Origin: an uncultured Bacteroidales bacterium | GTDB lineage: Bacteria > Bacteroidota > Bacteroidia > Bacteroidales > Paludibacteraceae | Length of the DNA: 64,000 nucleotides | Assembly: GCA_934716995.1 (NCBI GenBank) | Contig: CAKUYO010000010.1 | Coordinates: forward strand, 1,619-65,618 | Direction: 5' to 3' | Shown here: positions 62,329 through 64,000 of the stretch, piece after piece | Layout of the letters: each line of letters opens with the position of its first letter | How positions within the stretch are numbered: the first letter of the stretch is position 1 | Translations under genes and position numbers: made by a program | Notes under the pieces: model-generated | Seen by the model: only the letters and a program-made list of their open reading frames with translations | What the model was told of the DNA's origin: nothing | Databases searched by the model: none

Positions 62329-62370
62329 TATGTAATTTGTATGTCATTTGTATGTGATTCGTATGAGATT
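62329..62370 (-). repeat. gaatcacatac-word array (rc)
   Basis: tatgtaatttgtatgtcatttgtatgtgattcgtatgagatt. Confidence 0.85.
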
Positions 62371-62475
62371 AGGCGGTTTTTGCCTGTATTATAGCGAGTT
62401 ATGTTATATACATTTCTAATACAGCCCTTCCTTTCGTTTGTAACTATCTGATTAACAAACAATTGATTATATTGC

Positions 62476-62510
62476 AAAAAGACTGCCCGACTTTACTTGT
62501 CAGACAGTCT
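62476..62510 (-). terminator. intrinsic terminator after the cadherin-like gene
   Basis: Stem agactg...cagtct with an extension. The plus-strand A5 run is a T-run on the minus strand. Confidence 0.55.
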
Positions 62511-62546
62511 CTTTTGTAAATCACTATTTGTATCTATCGTCAGCGA

Positions 62547-64000
62547 TTAGGGCAGGACGATGAGTTTGCCCGAAGCGATCTTTTCCTTTTCACTATGGAA
62601 GAACACGTAGAAATAGATTGTATTCGGATCGAGTGTCAGGATTGTACCCGAGCGGAGGTCGGTGATGTTGAGCAGCCGTTCCTGACCGCTTGCCTCGGTA
62701 ACCATCTCAACATCGTTGGGGTCAGCCACAGGCAGTTTCTCCAAAGCGATACGGTGCCCGTACATATCGTACAAGCCGAATGACACATCCTTGCGGAGCG
62801 TACCTACCAGAATCTGCGTGGAGCCGGCAAGGCGTTTGACCAGCACATCGTTGCCGGTAGGCGTAAGGGCATCATTAAGTTCGGACTGCGCAAACCAGAT
62901 ACTATACCGACGCGTTTCGCCCGACTGGGAGGTACAGGAGATGATACACGTATCACCCACGGACGCTTCCTTGACACTGATCTCGGCATATTGCGAGGCT
63001 GCCTCGGCTGTTACTTTCGGTGCGGTAAGCCCCTCGATAATGTAATAGGTATAAAAATCCTGGTCAGGGTCGAACTCCGTCAATTCGGCATCATCCAAAT
63101 AAATCATACGGACGGCATTGTCGGTATCGGTCAGTACGGTCTGGTGGATGAGGTAGGTCAGCACGGTGCCGTCCTGCGCCGTAACGGCAATAAGGATAGT
63201 ACCCGCATTGTCAATAGTCGCCTCTGCGTGTGCCTGTCCGTCGGAAAGCGTGTACGAGATTTCCTGCAAACCCGCAAAGTCGGCAATGGTAGAACCCACC
63301 GGATACGCAAGTGTGTACTCGGTTGAGTCGCTGCGGAAGCCCTCCAGCAAGTTGCCACGTACATAGATGGCAGCAAGCGTAGCATCACCGTTCTTGGCAA
63401 AAGAGAACGTAATGGTATAAGCGCACTGGTCAATGCCATTCGGGGCTGTAACCAAGAGAGTAACCATCTGTTCGCCGTTGGGGAGCAGTTCGGGGGCGGA
63501 TTGCTCCACAGTCTGCTCCTCTTCCGCTTTGACGGGCGTAATGGTCGGGAGTGCGGTTTGCCCATAAGGGATAGTAACGGCATAATCATAATGCGCTGAC
63601 TCAAAATCGATGGTCAGACCGTCGCCCAACTCGATATTCTGCAAGTTGGCATTCGCCGATTTGACACGCTCGAAAACAAGGGTATAGGTTGCCTGCGACA
63701 TATCTTCCGCCGTAACTTTTACAAAGACGGTATCGGCATCGGTAGTGATTTCCACCTGCTGGGCATCCTCTTTCTTCTGCACCGTCACCAATGGGATATT
63801 GACCGTTTCCATAGGCAAATTGACCTTGTAGGAGAACCGCTCGGAGTCAAAGTCGGAAAGGCTCTTGCCTGCCACATAAATCATATCGAGGGTAGTCTCA
63901 TCAGAGAGTGCCATCGGATAATGGATAATATAGATACGGCTTGCGCCATTACCTGCTATTACCTCAATCTCCGTTTTGACAGCCAGCGACTTGGCAGCCA
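62547..64000 (-). CDS. large surface protein with cadherin-like beta-sandwich repeats and T9SS-type C-terminal domain (5' end outside window)
   Basis: Frame is open to the window edge. Repeated modules of the type L..I.....L..F.....Y.Y.V.V/L. The C-terminal tail is ...FGLYDMYGHRIALEKL...GTILTLDPNTIYFYVFF...GKLIVLP. Confidence 0.6.
   Translation of the reverse strand, partial: AAKSLAVKTEIEVIAGNGASRIYIIHYPMALSDETTLDMIYVAGKSLSDFDSERFSYKVNLPMETVNIPLVTVQKKEDAQQVEITTDADTVFVKVTAEDMSQATYTLVFERVKSANANLQNIELGDGLTIDFESAHYDYAVTIPYGQTALPTITPVKAEEEQTVEQSAPELLPNGEQMVTLLVTAPNGIDQCAYTITFSFAKNGDATLAAIYVRGNLLEGFRSDSTEYTLAYPVGSTIADFAGLQEISYTLSDGQAHAEATIDNAGTILIAVTAQDGTVLTYLIHQTVLTDTDNAVRMIYLDDAELTEFDPDQDFYTYYIIEGLTAPKVTAEAASQYAEISVKEASVGDTCIISCTSQSGETRRYSIWFAQSELNDALTPTGNDVLVKRLAGSTQILVGTLRKDVSFGLYDMYGHRIALEKLPVADPNDVEMVTEASGQERLLNITDLRSGTILTLDPNTIYFYVFFHSEKEKIASGKLIVLP

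Overview
This is a chromosomal segment of a GC-rich Bacteroidota genome, Bacteroidales and probably Prevotellaceae-like. The evidence is a SusC/SusD pair, T9SS C-terminal sorting domains, many lipoprotein signal peptides and TAnnTTTG -7 promoter boxes. I call about 46 protein genes. Most are housekeeping: tkt (partial), leuS, an AddA/AddB-like helicase-nuclease pair, hemW, a RelA/SpoT homologue, rsmD, kdsB, deoD, yidC, trpS, an EF-G paralogue, an RND efflux operon, tatAC and thrS. I found no rRNA, tRNA, CRISPR array, transposase or integrase.

The points most worth a second look are:
1. An AT-rich islet (5271-7300) encodes a CoiA-like Zn-ribbon/PD-(D/E)xK nuclease with a large unrecognised C-terminal domain. 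It sits next to DUF2130 and AddAB.
2. Intergenic spaces are mosaics of short tandem 'word' arrays from a small recurring vocabulary. One array is inserted in frame in hemW, and others supply the last codons of genes.
3. A dispersed hairpin family has a constant AACAC loop and compensatory stem changes. Separately, an 84-bp element is present twice, once wedged between susC and susD.
4. A roughly 200-nt candidate structured RNA lies between convergent genes at 39377-39574, and a hairpin-dense 0.9-kb non-coding gap lies upstream of susC.
5. A tat-linked periplasmic redox operon (54247-58183) encodes a NapH-NapG-like fused polyferredoxin that carries an internal twin-arginine segment.
6. A RelA/SpoT homologue lacks both the HD hydrolase core and the ACT domain.

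All functional calls come from reading the translations and the DNA by eye. No database search was run.
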